The notes beneath the pieces were generated by a model. It was not told the DNA's origin. It did not search any database and was given only the letters and a program-made list of their open reading frames with translations. Position numbers and translations under genes: made by a program. A stretch of DNA of 63,999 nucleotides, filler included, from Sphacelaria rigidula (lineage: Eukaryota): NCBI GenBank assembly GCA_964200075.2. It is 4 parts of 4 records of this genome, joined end to end, with 100 filler letters (N's around TTAATTAATTAA, not from the genome) between each part and the next. Parts side by side here need not be neighbours in the genome. Positions count along the whole stretch, not along the records: positions 16,067 to 32,031 come from CAXNAA020001538.1; positions 32,132 to 48,092 come from CAXNAA020001539.1; 2 more parts are not named here. One strand, given 5' to 3'. Positions 27,126-39,100 of the stretch are shown here, one piece after another (the first letter of the stretch is position 1; each line of letters opens with the position of its first letter).

Positions 27126-27568
27126 AACACGGGATCTTAGAATTGGGGATGGATCTTCTATTGGGGATGAGAAACCCGGAGCATTAAACTCTTGGTATCT
27201 ACACCAAATCTTCGAAATATGGTTCCATTTCTTCACCTACTGATAGCTATTGACAACTGCTACACGCCATATAAGTTTGGATGTCGATCACCGAAATGCT
27301 GGGGTCCCAGGTGAAAAACCTGTTTTGTGGAATTCCGGGTGTCCGAACGGACGCCAAAATGGTTCCGAAATTGGTTTTTGACCTAGGACCCCATCATTTC
27401 GGTGATCGAAATCCTAACTTCTGTGGCGTGTAGCAGTTGTCAATAGCTATCAGTGGGTGAAGAAATCGAACCACATTTCTAAGATTTGGTGTGGAGACGA
27501 AGATTTTAATTCTCCGGGTTTCTCATCCCCAATAAAAGATATATCCCCAATTTGTAAGATCCTGTGTT
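27126..27568. mobile_element. Foldback MITE (~440 bp), copy 1
   Basis: About 190-bp inverted arms starting AACACGGGATCTTA. Homologous copy in opposite orientation at 60488-60938. Confidence 0.85.
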
Positions 27569-28310
27569 CTTTGCTGCGTCAGTCGGTCTTGACACGATGT
27601 TCTAACGGTTTTACTCGGTAACCTTCCTCGCTACTCGCTAGTGATTTCTTGAGTGGATGCTTTTTTTAAGTGGGGTGCTGCTTGAAGACAATGAGGACGG
27701 AGGAAGCCGTGGCTTTTTCCGATCTAATTCTGCAGTAAAATTGTCAAGTCGCGCGCGCCTTTTCTACAGTTGATGTCAACACGAACAGCATCATGTCGTT
27801 TTTTGTTGACGCTGAAGATCTGGAGTGCTCTTAGGCATGTCAACACCCGTTTCATCGCGCCGTGGCACCCGGTGCTTCTCTACACCCTTCGAAAATAACC
27901 CGCCAGGCTTTGGTCCCTTGCCGACTGGGGGGTCCATCTGCTACTGTTGTGATTCGTCCTACTGTAGCAACAACAGGAGAAGAGAACGAAAATAAGATGA
28001 ACATACCGTGTGTAGGCGCCCCGGGTATGAGACCTACAGTACACTAAAGTAGGCAGACAATGGGTGCATCATCAGCATCTGCGTAGGTAAAATGTACCTT
28101 TTTAGTAACCTACATCAGCAACACAATTCAGGTGCTTCTGTCCACTAGTACCCGCTGCGGCAGAGAGCACGACGATACATGCCACCGACGACAACTTCTC
28201 TCTTCTGGTCAGCTGGGGTATGAACCATGTGCCCTCTTGCCGCATTGTCTAGACCAGACGCTCCGCTTACATGTACCATGCAACCCGTCGTATGTAACCC
28301 GGACGTTGTA

Positions 28311-28541
28311 TCTCGCCACCTGAATACCGCCACCGACTTGACCGACAAGTTTCCGGGTATGTTTGGGACCAAATGGGTACCTACATTCGAATGGAGGCCT
28401 GTTGGACGGTGTGGGGGTGCATTGGATCTCGCCACCTGAATTCCGCCATCGACTTGACCGACAAGTTTCCGGGTATGTTTGGGACCAAACGGGTACCTAC
28501 ATTTAAATGCAGACCTGATGTACGGTGCGGGGGTGCATTGG
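28311..28541 (+). repeat. Tandem duplication, 2 x 116 bp
   Basis: TCTCGCCACCTGAAT...GACTTGACCGACAAGTTTCCGGGTATGTTTGGGACCAAA...GGGGGTGCATTGG occurs twice. Confidence 0.9.
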
Positions 28542-29139
28542 CAATAGAAGGTGGTGAAAAAATCATCCCTATTATTTCCCCTCTACTGCGATGTCCGTTC
28601 CCCCGTCCCCAACCCAGGGGTACATGCCCGCTTCCCCCATCTTTAAAGCCCACTATATGCAGGTTAGAACGGCAACTTTGAGGTGTGAATCTCTTGATGT
28701 ATGTTTTTTGTTGCGTATGCCCCCCTCTCCTTCCCCTCCCTTCCCTGTCCCCATCCCCGTGCCCCCTCTCTCGGTCGCATGAAATGGCCTCGCTTGGCTA
28801 CGAAGGGCGATGCGACAAGTCGCCTCTACTGTTCGGGGCTCAAGCAGCGGCGTACAGACCAGGGCGTCTCCACGGTGAGTTGGTGCATCTACGTACGTAA
28901 TTTCATCGGTAGTCGTGTCGGGTTGTGCAGGAAGGAGGCGTTATGTTCCTAGGCTGGATTGCCGTGCCGTCCCCATACTGCACCGTACGCCACTGCAACG
29001 CACTGCACGGTACTGTAATTTAGCGCACCGGGCACTAGGCGCTGACCTCATCGCAGAGTAGCGAACAGCGCTGAGTAAGGTTTGCGGTATGGTGAGAGAC
29101 AAGCCAAGTATGGATCGGATTAAGAGAAAATTCGCATCC

Positions 29140-31300
29140 GACTACAGCGTATTCGTTGGAAGTCTACAATCGGCATAAACGCCTGCGGGTGGAATATGCT
29201 ACGGAAGCGCTGTTGTTATATGCTGGTGGCATCTGCAGAGGACAACAATCACCACGCTGCCACGAGCAATCTACGACGAACCCAGCGCTATGAACAGGCA
29301 CGTTCAAGAGCTCTTGTGTAGAGCTCGGAAATGGTACCAGCTATAACTGGCCATTTTCTCAACCCTTAGATCGCGAGGGTAGGTCACCTACTGAATCGGC
29401 ATCAATTTCCACTTGAAAAAGGTATGCCCAATCCAGATGGACTACCCGCACCGCCGTCGAAGGTTTAATAACGGTGATAATGATAAGGGTTATATGAAAA
29501 GTTTGGATAATGGTTTCAAACCATTATTTACCATTACCGGCTACGTATGCTACATACAGCACACAGCTACAACAGACAGTAAGTAGTACACAGTATGCAG
29601 CAGCAGTCCTGAGCTCGTATTTCAGTTCCATTTTTTTTCGATAAAAAATTATAATGGGCTACGTTTTTTAACCGAAATTCCAAGCCAAGTGCGCTATGGT
29701 TTTGCCCTTGAGAAGTGGCACAGATTCGACGTATTTTTTCAGCTCTGGCGAAGCCAAATGGCGTAAAAACGTACCTCCGGCACGGCGCCTCCGGCGGGAC
29801 CTCCTCTGCCCGGGGGGGATTTTCCGCTCGCGGGCTGCGCCACTCGATGACCAAACTATTATGCACCATGTAACTCGTTAGGCAAACTATTTCCGAGCTC
29901 TACTCTTGTGAGTAGTCCTCCAGCTTATGATTCAGATCCGCACAGTTGGTGTATTCCAGCATGGTATGAGAAATGGAGACCGAATTCATCAACTCAGTAG
30001 CTTGACTGCCACCACTGTAGTCAAGCTTCGGGCTCATCTGCCTCCTTCTCTAAAGAAATTGAAGATCTTGAGAGCGTTGCCGTGTTCATTTTCCTAGCGG
30101 GACCCTCACTGCAGAGGATAAGAGTTGAAACCTCGGGAAGGTCTGGCACATGTCATTTTTTTTTTTTTTCATTTCTCTTCCCTCCCCTCCCTGCCCCCCG
30201 CCGCTTCCACTGCATGGCCGAAAAATATAATTGTTCTGTTCATTGTGCAGCATGATGGCAGCTGAGGGGGTGTCTTTCGGAGAGCTTGACGGGAGAGACG
30301 TACGCGTGGGTATCATTTCCACCAGGTGACGGTCGATTGACTCCGCCCAACATCAGTCATAATCCAACGGGGTACAAATGCGGCAGGGCGTCTGCTGCTT
30401 CGGTGTGGGTAGGCCGATGGGAAACTATATATTAAGAGACGGATCGAAGATGCTTCCAAGGACGGGACGAACGTGGCATGGTTTTCGGAGAATTTATCAT
30501 GTATTGCAAGATGGAGCGATGGCTGATGAGGCGGTAGTTGCCTAACCTCTTCAAGGTGTTGGTTTGTCGTAGTTCGCATGGACGTACGATCAGCCCGCCA
30601 TTTCGAGTGAGTTTGGTTAGGTGATCACCCAATTGTGGAGCTGTTGACATCCGTGTTGTTTTCACAAAAACTACTTGCATTTCGCCCCTCCCCAAAGAAA
30701 AACAAACAAACAAAACACCGACAACCACAGTAGATGTTTGTCAACTTATGCTCTTCGATTTGCAAATATCCGGTGCTTGTGATGACACCAGGTGGAATGA
30801 AGACATCGTGGATCGTTTGTCTGACGGAGTCAAGCAAGCCCTGAAGGTGAAGGAAATGTTGTTCATGTGTGCGTTGTGCAACTAACTGCAAGGAGTACGG
30901 ACCTTTAACTGTTGTTTTTTCGGAAATGTTGTGTGAGTGGTAGAGGTACGCAGTGCAAATTTCGGGCTTATTTTCTTCTGCTGCGCTGTGCATCACTTAT
31001 CGCAGTAAACAGGGCGGCCTGGGTTTCTTCTATGATCGACTGGACATCCGTAATCCTCAGTAACGATTCCTCCATACCCTGTACAGAAGAAAGCACTGTC
31101 ATAAAGTGCACTGCGTACAGTATTGCTATTGCGTCTATTGTAATAGACAACATATTCCATACTGTACGCGTTGTACTTTTTGACGATGTAATCTGTTGTC
31201 CAGGGTATGGATTCTCGTACTTGCCGATGAAGTGTCCCCGGGCCTTCACAACACGCCTGTCAGCATGCGCGTGTTTCAGGGTGGTGGCCGGAGCTGTGGG
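29140..31300 (-). pseudogene. Possible decayed multi-exon gene of unknown family
   Basis: Protein-like minus-strand segments follow acceptor-like sites (near 31292, 30640, 30110), with frameshifts between ORFs 30968-31378 and 30625-30996. One frame is interrupted by the 29319-29902 element. Confidence 0.3.
29319..29902. mobile_element. hAT-type non-autonomous element, TIR TAGAGCTCGGAAAT, 8-bp TSD CTCTTGTG; contains a nested 110-bp MITE
   Basis: CTCTTGTG at 29311-29318 and 29903-29910; inverted termini. Confidence 0.9.
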
Positions 31301-32031
31301 GAAAAAATAGCAAGCAAAATGGTAGGGGGGCGGGGAAATGAGGGTAGAAATCCCGATTTTCAGTCGTCTTGAAATCATCCACGTTCACCATGTTGGCTCA
31401 TCATGCGCATTCCGCTTGTTTCCCCGACAACGGGTCCAACTCTTGCTGTGCTGCTGCCGATCTCGCCCGCCGCTGATGGATACACAGGAATGCAACGTGA
31501 CAGATGCCAATGTGTTCGAAACGAAGGTACCGGGGGCGTTCGAGCTTCCCCTGGCGGCACGGTGAGCTCTGTGGGATGACTATAGCTTCTGGCTTGCCGC
31601 CTGCTCTGTGACGAAGGACTTTTGTTGTCAAGTTGTGTTGGCGGGGGGTTCCCGTTTTTCCTTGCCGTTTGGGACTGAGATTTCCTGCAGTCTCGAGCAA
31701 AATATTGATCGATGCCATGTATATGGTCACGCCGGCGATTGGACCTTGGCAGTTGGAAAAAAGAAAAAAAAAGCTGTGAGAGGATTTGGCGTGCATATCA
31801 CTTGTACGGAGAGGTTTTTTGTATCGATTTTTTGTCGCACATGAAATGAGTCTCTGAGAATACAGCAGGGATATTAAGATGGAGATACCCGAGGCAAGTG
31901 ACAACGGAAGCACTTGCTCCAGGAAGCCCGAAAAAGGGTGGAAAGAGGGGGGGGGGGGGGGGGGGGGGCGGAGGAGGGGCGGGGGGGGGGGGAGGGGGGA
32001 GGTCGCGGGGCGCCGCCGCACTATACAAAAA

Positions 32032-32131
32032 NNNNNNNNNNNNNNNNNNNNNNNNNNNNNNNNNNNNNNNNNNNNTTAATTAATTAANNNNNNNNNNNNN
32101 NNNNNNNNNNNNNNNNNNNNNNNNNNNNNNN
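32032..32131. other. Artificial contig linker (44N-TTAATTAATTAA-44N)
   Basis: Same linker as at 15967-16066. Confidence 0.97.
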
Positions 32132-32425
32132 CAATACCAATAGTTACGCACAGCCAAGCATATTTTCTTTAAAGTTTGTATGCACCTACAGTTATGCGCC
32201 TATAGTCACATGATATATTGCTGTCCAGGACAACTCACTAGTACAACAGTACACCCAATACTTGTGCGTTATTCGTGCACGCGTCCTGTATCTGGTCGAT
32301 GAACGTCTTGTGCGATATGCGCTACTGTATAGGAATTGAGATCATGATCAGCGCCTCTCTCGCGAACAAACAGAGAGGTTATGCACGTGACCAAATATAC
32401 AAATACTACTCCGCTGTGGACAAAC

Positions 32426-32851
32426 CTGTATACATCGAATCCACACCCTCTCCGGGCGCTCGTCGAAGAACCTCTCTATTTCGTTCACATCATATCCATC
32501 GGCGCTCGTCAGGATATCATGTGTCTCCGACCGTCGAGCGCTGTTAAAGAGCACGTTGTCCCATGAAGGCTTCCACACTGAATCACCAATATCGCTACTA
32601 TTGCTATCACTGCGACCGTCGTGCCGTCTGGGTTCAAGGCTATTGCCAGTGGTAACCTCGCTCAGGAGCAACATCCGCGGTGGCGCTGTTCGGAGTAAAT
32701 CATTCCGTCTTCGGAGAGTATCATGCCTGGTCCTGCTGCCGATCGGGGGTGAGGCCCAGCAACAACAACTATCCCGAGTCCAAGACAGTTGCTGTCGTAG
32801 CGTCGACGACACGCGACATGATGGCGGCGGTGCCCTTAATTCGTCTAGCAT
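32426..32851 (-). CDS. First coding exon of a putative ABC1/UbiB atypical kinase (ABC1K-like); remainder lies beyond the contig end
   Basis: 142 codons ending at a CAG|GTTTGT donor. The N-terminus is R/S-rich and transit-like. It is followed by GYDVNEIERFFDERPERVWIRCIQ, resembling the Y....I...F..RP..V..R motif at the start of organellar ABC1K proteins. Confidence 0.5.
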
Positions 32852-33109
32852 GAACCAGTGGGTTATACTCGCAGGCTCCGAGCGTATAGAGTATGATAGC
32901 TGTTGTAGACACTGCGCCCAGCAGGGTGTGGACTACTGTCGTTACCTACATCTGTTCAACAGCTGTGCCTGTGACGTCGGTTGCAAAAATTAAGCTGAAA
33001 TATGCGGCGTAACCGACGAACAGGAACTGGACAATAAACACGCTATCGTCCTCATCTTTTTCATGCGCATTTTTATCGCGATCAATCCCTGAAACAGCAG
33101 CCGCACGTC
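32852..33109. promoter_or_regulatory. Probable bidirectional promoter / 5' UTR region
   Basis: 258 bp separate two divergent ATGs (32851 minus, 33110 plus). Inferred from geometry only. Confidence 0.45.
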
Positions 33110-36100
33110 ATGAGAGCGATATGTCTACTGGCAACAGCTATCGGCTTCGTATTTGGTCTGAGCCCTTGCGTCGTATGCTTTACAGTCGTCGCACCGCTTT
33201 CTGCCAGGCTGCGGCTGCACCCGGCGCCCGCACCCTATAGACGTATACCCACACCATTGCATCCAGGTCACCTCTCTCCCCGACTACCGTGGAGTGTCCG
33301 CCTGCCCTGGGGGGTGCAGCGGCGGGAGAAGCATGCCTTGAGTGGTGTAGAACAGGGTTCCGGTGAGGGAGATCGAGTGGGGGGGTCGGCTAAGACCGAA
33401 GAGGCGGAACCAAAAAGTAGGGCGGCGCAGGAGAGCGAGATGTTCGACTGGCTGGCCAACGGTTCTAACGTCTACAAAAAGGTTTCCTTGGATTTTGTGC
33501 GGAAGGGTGGGGGGCGCAGAGGGCTTGTTGTCAACGACAGCGTTAAGCAGGGAGAGGTAAGCTCTGTCGTACATGTAGATACTTGCAACGCAATCGTAAG
33601 TAGTTGGTGCGAAGATGCTGTGTGAGCCTTGGTAGGGTACATGTGTCCAAATGACGGTGTATAACACCCCCTGTAACAACGATCGAAGGCGAACGAGAGA
33701 TGATACTCGTATAAGGGATATCAAACATTTTGGGGGACCAAAAATAGGTATACTTCAACGAAAAACACCCTGCATCACTTCTTATCTAAACATTCGAGTC
33801 GTGTATATCACCAGCTCACACAAGGGTATGTTAATGGGGGTTAGGAATACAGCCCGGTCGCACCATCAATACTTGAGATTGGAAAGGGGCAAACTATACA
33901 TCCAGGTCTATCTGAACGTATTTTCACCGAATCCAGGTACATAGTAGCACAAGTCGGCGACATTTCCAGCGACGTGATCGGCCGAAATCATCGCATACGT
34001 GTTTATGGTGGAAAACGCGACAGGCGCACCTGAACTTGTCGTGTCTTCTCCCAAATCTATAACTGAACGTCCTGTATGGTACCTGAATCTGGCGACTTGC
34101 AGGGCTATCCTCGCAACAAAGTGATCATACGGTATGGCACTTGATTTTCGCGGTATCGCGGCAGTACATGACATTGGGTACCTGTACAGTGCGGTACAAA
34201 ACTATACGGTATTTTATTATCGTGGATTCTACGGCACCTCGGTGTCTGGTTTTCCGAAAGTACGGTACGGGCGGGACGGTGCGGGACAAACGCGATACCT
34301 ACGCGGTAGGATAAGAATACGGCGGGGAACTGCCGGAACGTGAAGCCACAAAACCGCGGTAATCTGTAAAGGAATATAGCGGTAGTTGGCACGCTGCACT
34401 GTAGATGTGTGTTCATGTGTGCGTTTACATTTTCAGTCGACGATTGTATTGCCAACCCCGATAGTCACAGTGCAGACATACAAGGGAACTGTAAAAAAAT
34501 ATGGCGAAAATCCAGTGCGGTACGCAAATCAATCAAGCAATCACACGTTTCAGTTCTAGAATGAAAATGCACACTACAGACAGTTGACAAATGACAATCA
34601 TTACTCAGCTATACAAGGCAGAAGAAGGCGAAACAACGAAACGGCAATATTACCTGGAGAGTGCGGCACAACCGAACGAGGTAGTACAACAACTGAGGCA
34701 AACAGAAATGGCGGATGAAATGAAAAAAATACACGTAGGAGCATCTTTGTAACGTTTTGTTCAGATTCTGGACCATTTTTTAGTCTACAGTTGACCTCGA
34801 TAACGGACTGTGCAGCCGATGTACCCCGAACAACGGTTGAAGTCCTCACTCATGGAAATAAAATGCCGTATATAGTTCATAGATCCGACAACATCCAGCG
34901 AAGTTACAGCACTCTCTTCAAAATCGGTCAATCAACGAAATGGGGATCATTCTGTCAACATGCTCATGAACAATTAATGAAACTCTATGACTTGGCCGGA
35001 TGCGATCGGATCGAGAAAATACACACGGCTTTATCATCGTTCCCGCGAGCAAGAGCGTCAATGGTTGTTCGGGGTGCGTTGGTTTAAGAGAACGCCGTTC
35101 AGGTCAAGACTGCGGGAAACTAGAAGGTATGGGCCAGGATCTGAAAACAAACGTTACGATCTGATTCATACACGAATATGCTGTCAGCTACATAAAATGC
35201 ACAAAGTGTCAAATACCAAATACCCCCATCAATCGAAATGATTGGTAAATACAATTTACAAATCATCAAGGATACTTATATTACTATACTAGGAACGAAA
35301 AACGACATTATATATTCTTCTGCCACCAGTACAAGAAACTTCGATTATCATGCCCTGCGACGATCATTTTGTCGGCATGTGAGTGTTCTGTGAACGGTAT
35401 GAGTATCGTTTGCGTTCGTAGCTTGTGACACAATCAGAGTCGATCATCGCCAACCTACCCACAGGAAGCCGTGGATAAGGCCGTGCGAATAAAAGGTGTC
35501 TTTAGGCCAAAGAGGCCAAATGGTTATCGGATCCTCGACTAGTGTTATACAGGCAGTGTACTTGGATGTGGTTCGTAATATCAAATTAACAACGGAGAAA
35601 TGGCGCCCTTTTCTCCGACCTTCTTGTTCAACATGGAAAAGGGCGAACCCGGACAAAATCGTGGCGTTTTGAAACGCGAACTTGAGGGCCCCCTCGTGCC
35701 TATTCGAAAATCCAGGTGGTTCTCTCTTTTCATCAACTCTCACCTTACACTATGGCACCTCTATGTTCGATTGCTAGGATACCATTTTTTATCATCAGCT
35801 TTTGGTGTAAGCACAATCGAACGTTAACAGTATATTTGTGTAAACCAGAACGTAACCTTTATTGTTAGATTCTGGACCGCAATCCTGGTTTCATAACATG
35901 TTGACCTGAACACTAAGGCTTGAAGCCCTTTCTCGTGGGAATGATATGCCGTGCATACTTTTTCGATGCCATCACATCTGGCGGAGTTATATACTTCCAT
36001 CAGAACGCCCTTAGTGGGCAAGAAAAAAGGAGGTAATGAGTTCGTCAATTGGCCGATTTTCAAAGACGCAACGTATTGTAACTTGGTCGGTTGTTATCAG

Positions 36101-39100
36101 ATCGACGAACAAAAAACGGTTTTTTGGTGTCACGCGTAAGAGGATCAACCTTTGTTCGGGGGTGAATCGGCTGGACAGTCCGTCATTCGGGCCAAATGTA
36201 GAGACTAGAACATTACCCAGGATCTGAGAATATGGTCACGATCTGTTTTTCACGAATATGTCATTTATTGCAGCCAAAATATGAAATCAGTGACTTTTAG
36301 CTTATTCTGAGTCAACCCTCTCGACGCCGGGATCTGAGTATATATGTGGCATTTCTGGTCAAATTGTACCGACCGCACAAGGGCATGTTTCACTATTGAA
36401 AGCGAAAGCTGCGAGGAACAAGTGTACGTGGGGGATCTAACACCCTGTCATGGGCATCGTGAGAACAACATGCGTACCTCCGAGTCACATTTCACAAATC
36501 ATTCGGGGTCCCAGGCGGGATATATATTTGGAGTGCGGCATTCGTAGTTCACGGTATGTACGGCACGGTACGGGTGAACTGTGGTAGGTACGATACTGTA
36601 CCATAGAAAAGCTGTGCAGTATTTCACGGTAACGGGATTATGATTTTGTCTTACCGTGGTACGGTACGGTACTGAATTTTGTAAATTTGTGCCGAACTGG
36701 GGAATAAGCGGCGGGAAAATCACCGCGATAAAGGTTTCGAGGAGAGCCCTCAACCCCTTTGGGACCGGGCTCCCAGAACGGCCAATGAGGCTGGTTCGTA
36801 GGAATGACGTGTCTGGCGTCTGCACGAAACAATGGCTTTATGTAAAAATCCACGTATATAACCGCCACATGCAGGGTTAGGAGGAAGACCGAAAGTTTCA
36901 TCCAATCTATTTCCAGGTGCAAATACAAAGTGTAATTCGGGTGGGGTGCGCATTGGGCGATGTACATCTGATGAACGAGCAGTATGGATCGCTTTAGAAA
37001 GCTTTCAACAGGATGCGGCGACCGGCGGGCCGCCCGCCACTTGTGGCGTTGGATGATATTATTGTCCCCATCACCTTGCCACATAGCCCTTTGTGGTGAG
37101 GGTGGGCTGCGATTTCCCTCTTTATTGCAAGCGGCAAATTCTCTTCGAACGGTATGGGCGCTGCGGCGCACATAAATACAGTACAGTACAGTGCAGTGCA
37201 GCACGCCTCTCGGACGGCAGTAGCAGCTACCGCTGCATACTCCCTTGCACGTTCTGGGCAGTTCTCAGCGACGGAGATCAGCTGCCTACACACAGCTTGT
37301 TCATCCCCGCCCACTACATACATCTTCACAGTGTTATGCAAGTCATCGGTAGAGGGATAGGCAGAATTCATGTCGGTAGCTCCTTTTGTCTTTCCACGAC
37401 CCACCTGGGTTTAGTGCCTTGTGAAAATGACCATATTGTGGCATGTACACTCCTTCTCGGTTTTTCCCACTCCACCCTGTGTTAGTGTAATTACTACGTT
37501 TGAGTATAGGCTGGTGACCCCCAAAAACTCCGGGGAAATCCCGAGAACGCTACACTAAATGCAAGTAATACGAGAAGCCGTGCTCCGAGCATCCTGGAGT
37601 TACGCACCTGGGAAGGCTTCTCTGGGCCAGGGATAGGGCCCCCACACGATCTTCGCAGTGACATCACACTCGGTAACAGTCCCCGCGCTGGTCGTTCGGG
37701 TCTGGTCGATAAATTTCGCCTCGCCGTGATTGGGTAGGTCGCTCCCTAACTTGTTCTCTATTGTTTCGCTGACACATGGTCAACCCGGTGTTAGTGGGGG
37801 GTCCATCCCAAAAGGGTTAGTATTGTACTTGAATGTGGCAGATTCCGGGGCTTGTCGCGGGGAAGAAATCTCACAGGAAATCTCATTGGACGGGACGAGA
37901 CGAGAATTCGCGTCCCGTCCCGTCCTCACGGGAAAATTTCCCGAACGTTGTACGTGATTCCCGTCGGATTGGACGGGACTTCCCGTCAACGGGACGGGAT
38001 CCTCTTCCAATCTGACGGGAAGCTGAGTACATATCCACCTATGTGGGATGTGATGACTTTTTGTTTTATCTTCGGACTCCGGTGCCTTCTACAGCCTATT
38101 CTTGACTTACATGTCACACGGAAGGATGATCGCAATTATGCACACGTCGGACGGATCAGCTCGTGACAGATCCCGGTCAGCTCATTTGGGGCATAGGTCA
38201 TGATCCATCCGAGGTGAGTTGTCACCCGTACGCGTTTGTCCGATGCTGATCCGTAGGACCCGGTTGACCCGTACAAGTGTGCCGACCGACGAGCTGTACG
38301 ACCCGTGTCATCTTTACAACACCACATAGTTTTCATTCATATCCCTTGGGTCAGGCAAGCGCCGTAGCTTGTCGTCGACCCGTGCGATTTGAATCTCATG
38401 TGCACCAAAAGCTACTCCTTGCCTGTGGAATCCTAATCTAGTACAGTATACACGAAACCCTTTCCCGCACCGGTAAGATCCGGATCAAGTATGCAAGAAG
38501 ACAATATTCAGCTCCCTCACCTGTCAACCTGTATGGCCGGGATACAATGCATGTTCACAAGTCCGGACGTTGACTGTGGCAACCCGGGCATATGGAACAT
38601 GAAGTACGTGTATTTTATTCCGAGTGGTTCCACGGCAGGGCTGCATATGTTTCCCGAAGATGTGCACTGTCGGCGCATCCGAATCAAGTATTCAATAAGC
38701 AGTATTCAGTAACCCTCACCTGCTAACCTGGCCCTGGTACAATGTGCATGTGCACAAGTCCGTATGTTGGCTGTACTGTAGCAACCCGGGAATATGGAAC
38801 ATGAAGTACTTATATTGTATCCCGCGTGGTTCCACGGTAGGGCTGCATATATTTTCCCGAAGATGTACACTGTCGGCGCATCCGAATGAAGTATACAATA
38901 AACACTATTGTAGCCACCGCACCCCAGTGGTGTAACGGTCCGGCTGTCACCATTAGGGTGGAGAGAATGGGGGTTCGATTCCTGATGCGTTGGGTTTTTT
39001 CTTCGTAATGTATGATTTCCACCGTGGAAAGCGAGAGAACGTGAGTAAACAAAGTGGTCAACTGGGTTTGTGTGACGTGAGTTGACGCGGTGCGGGAGTG

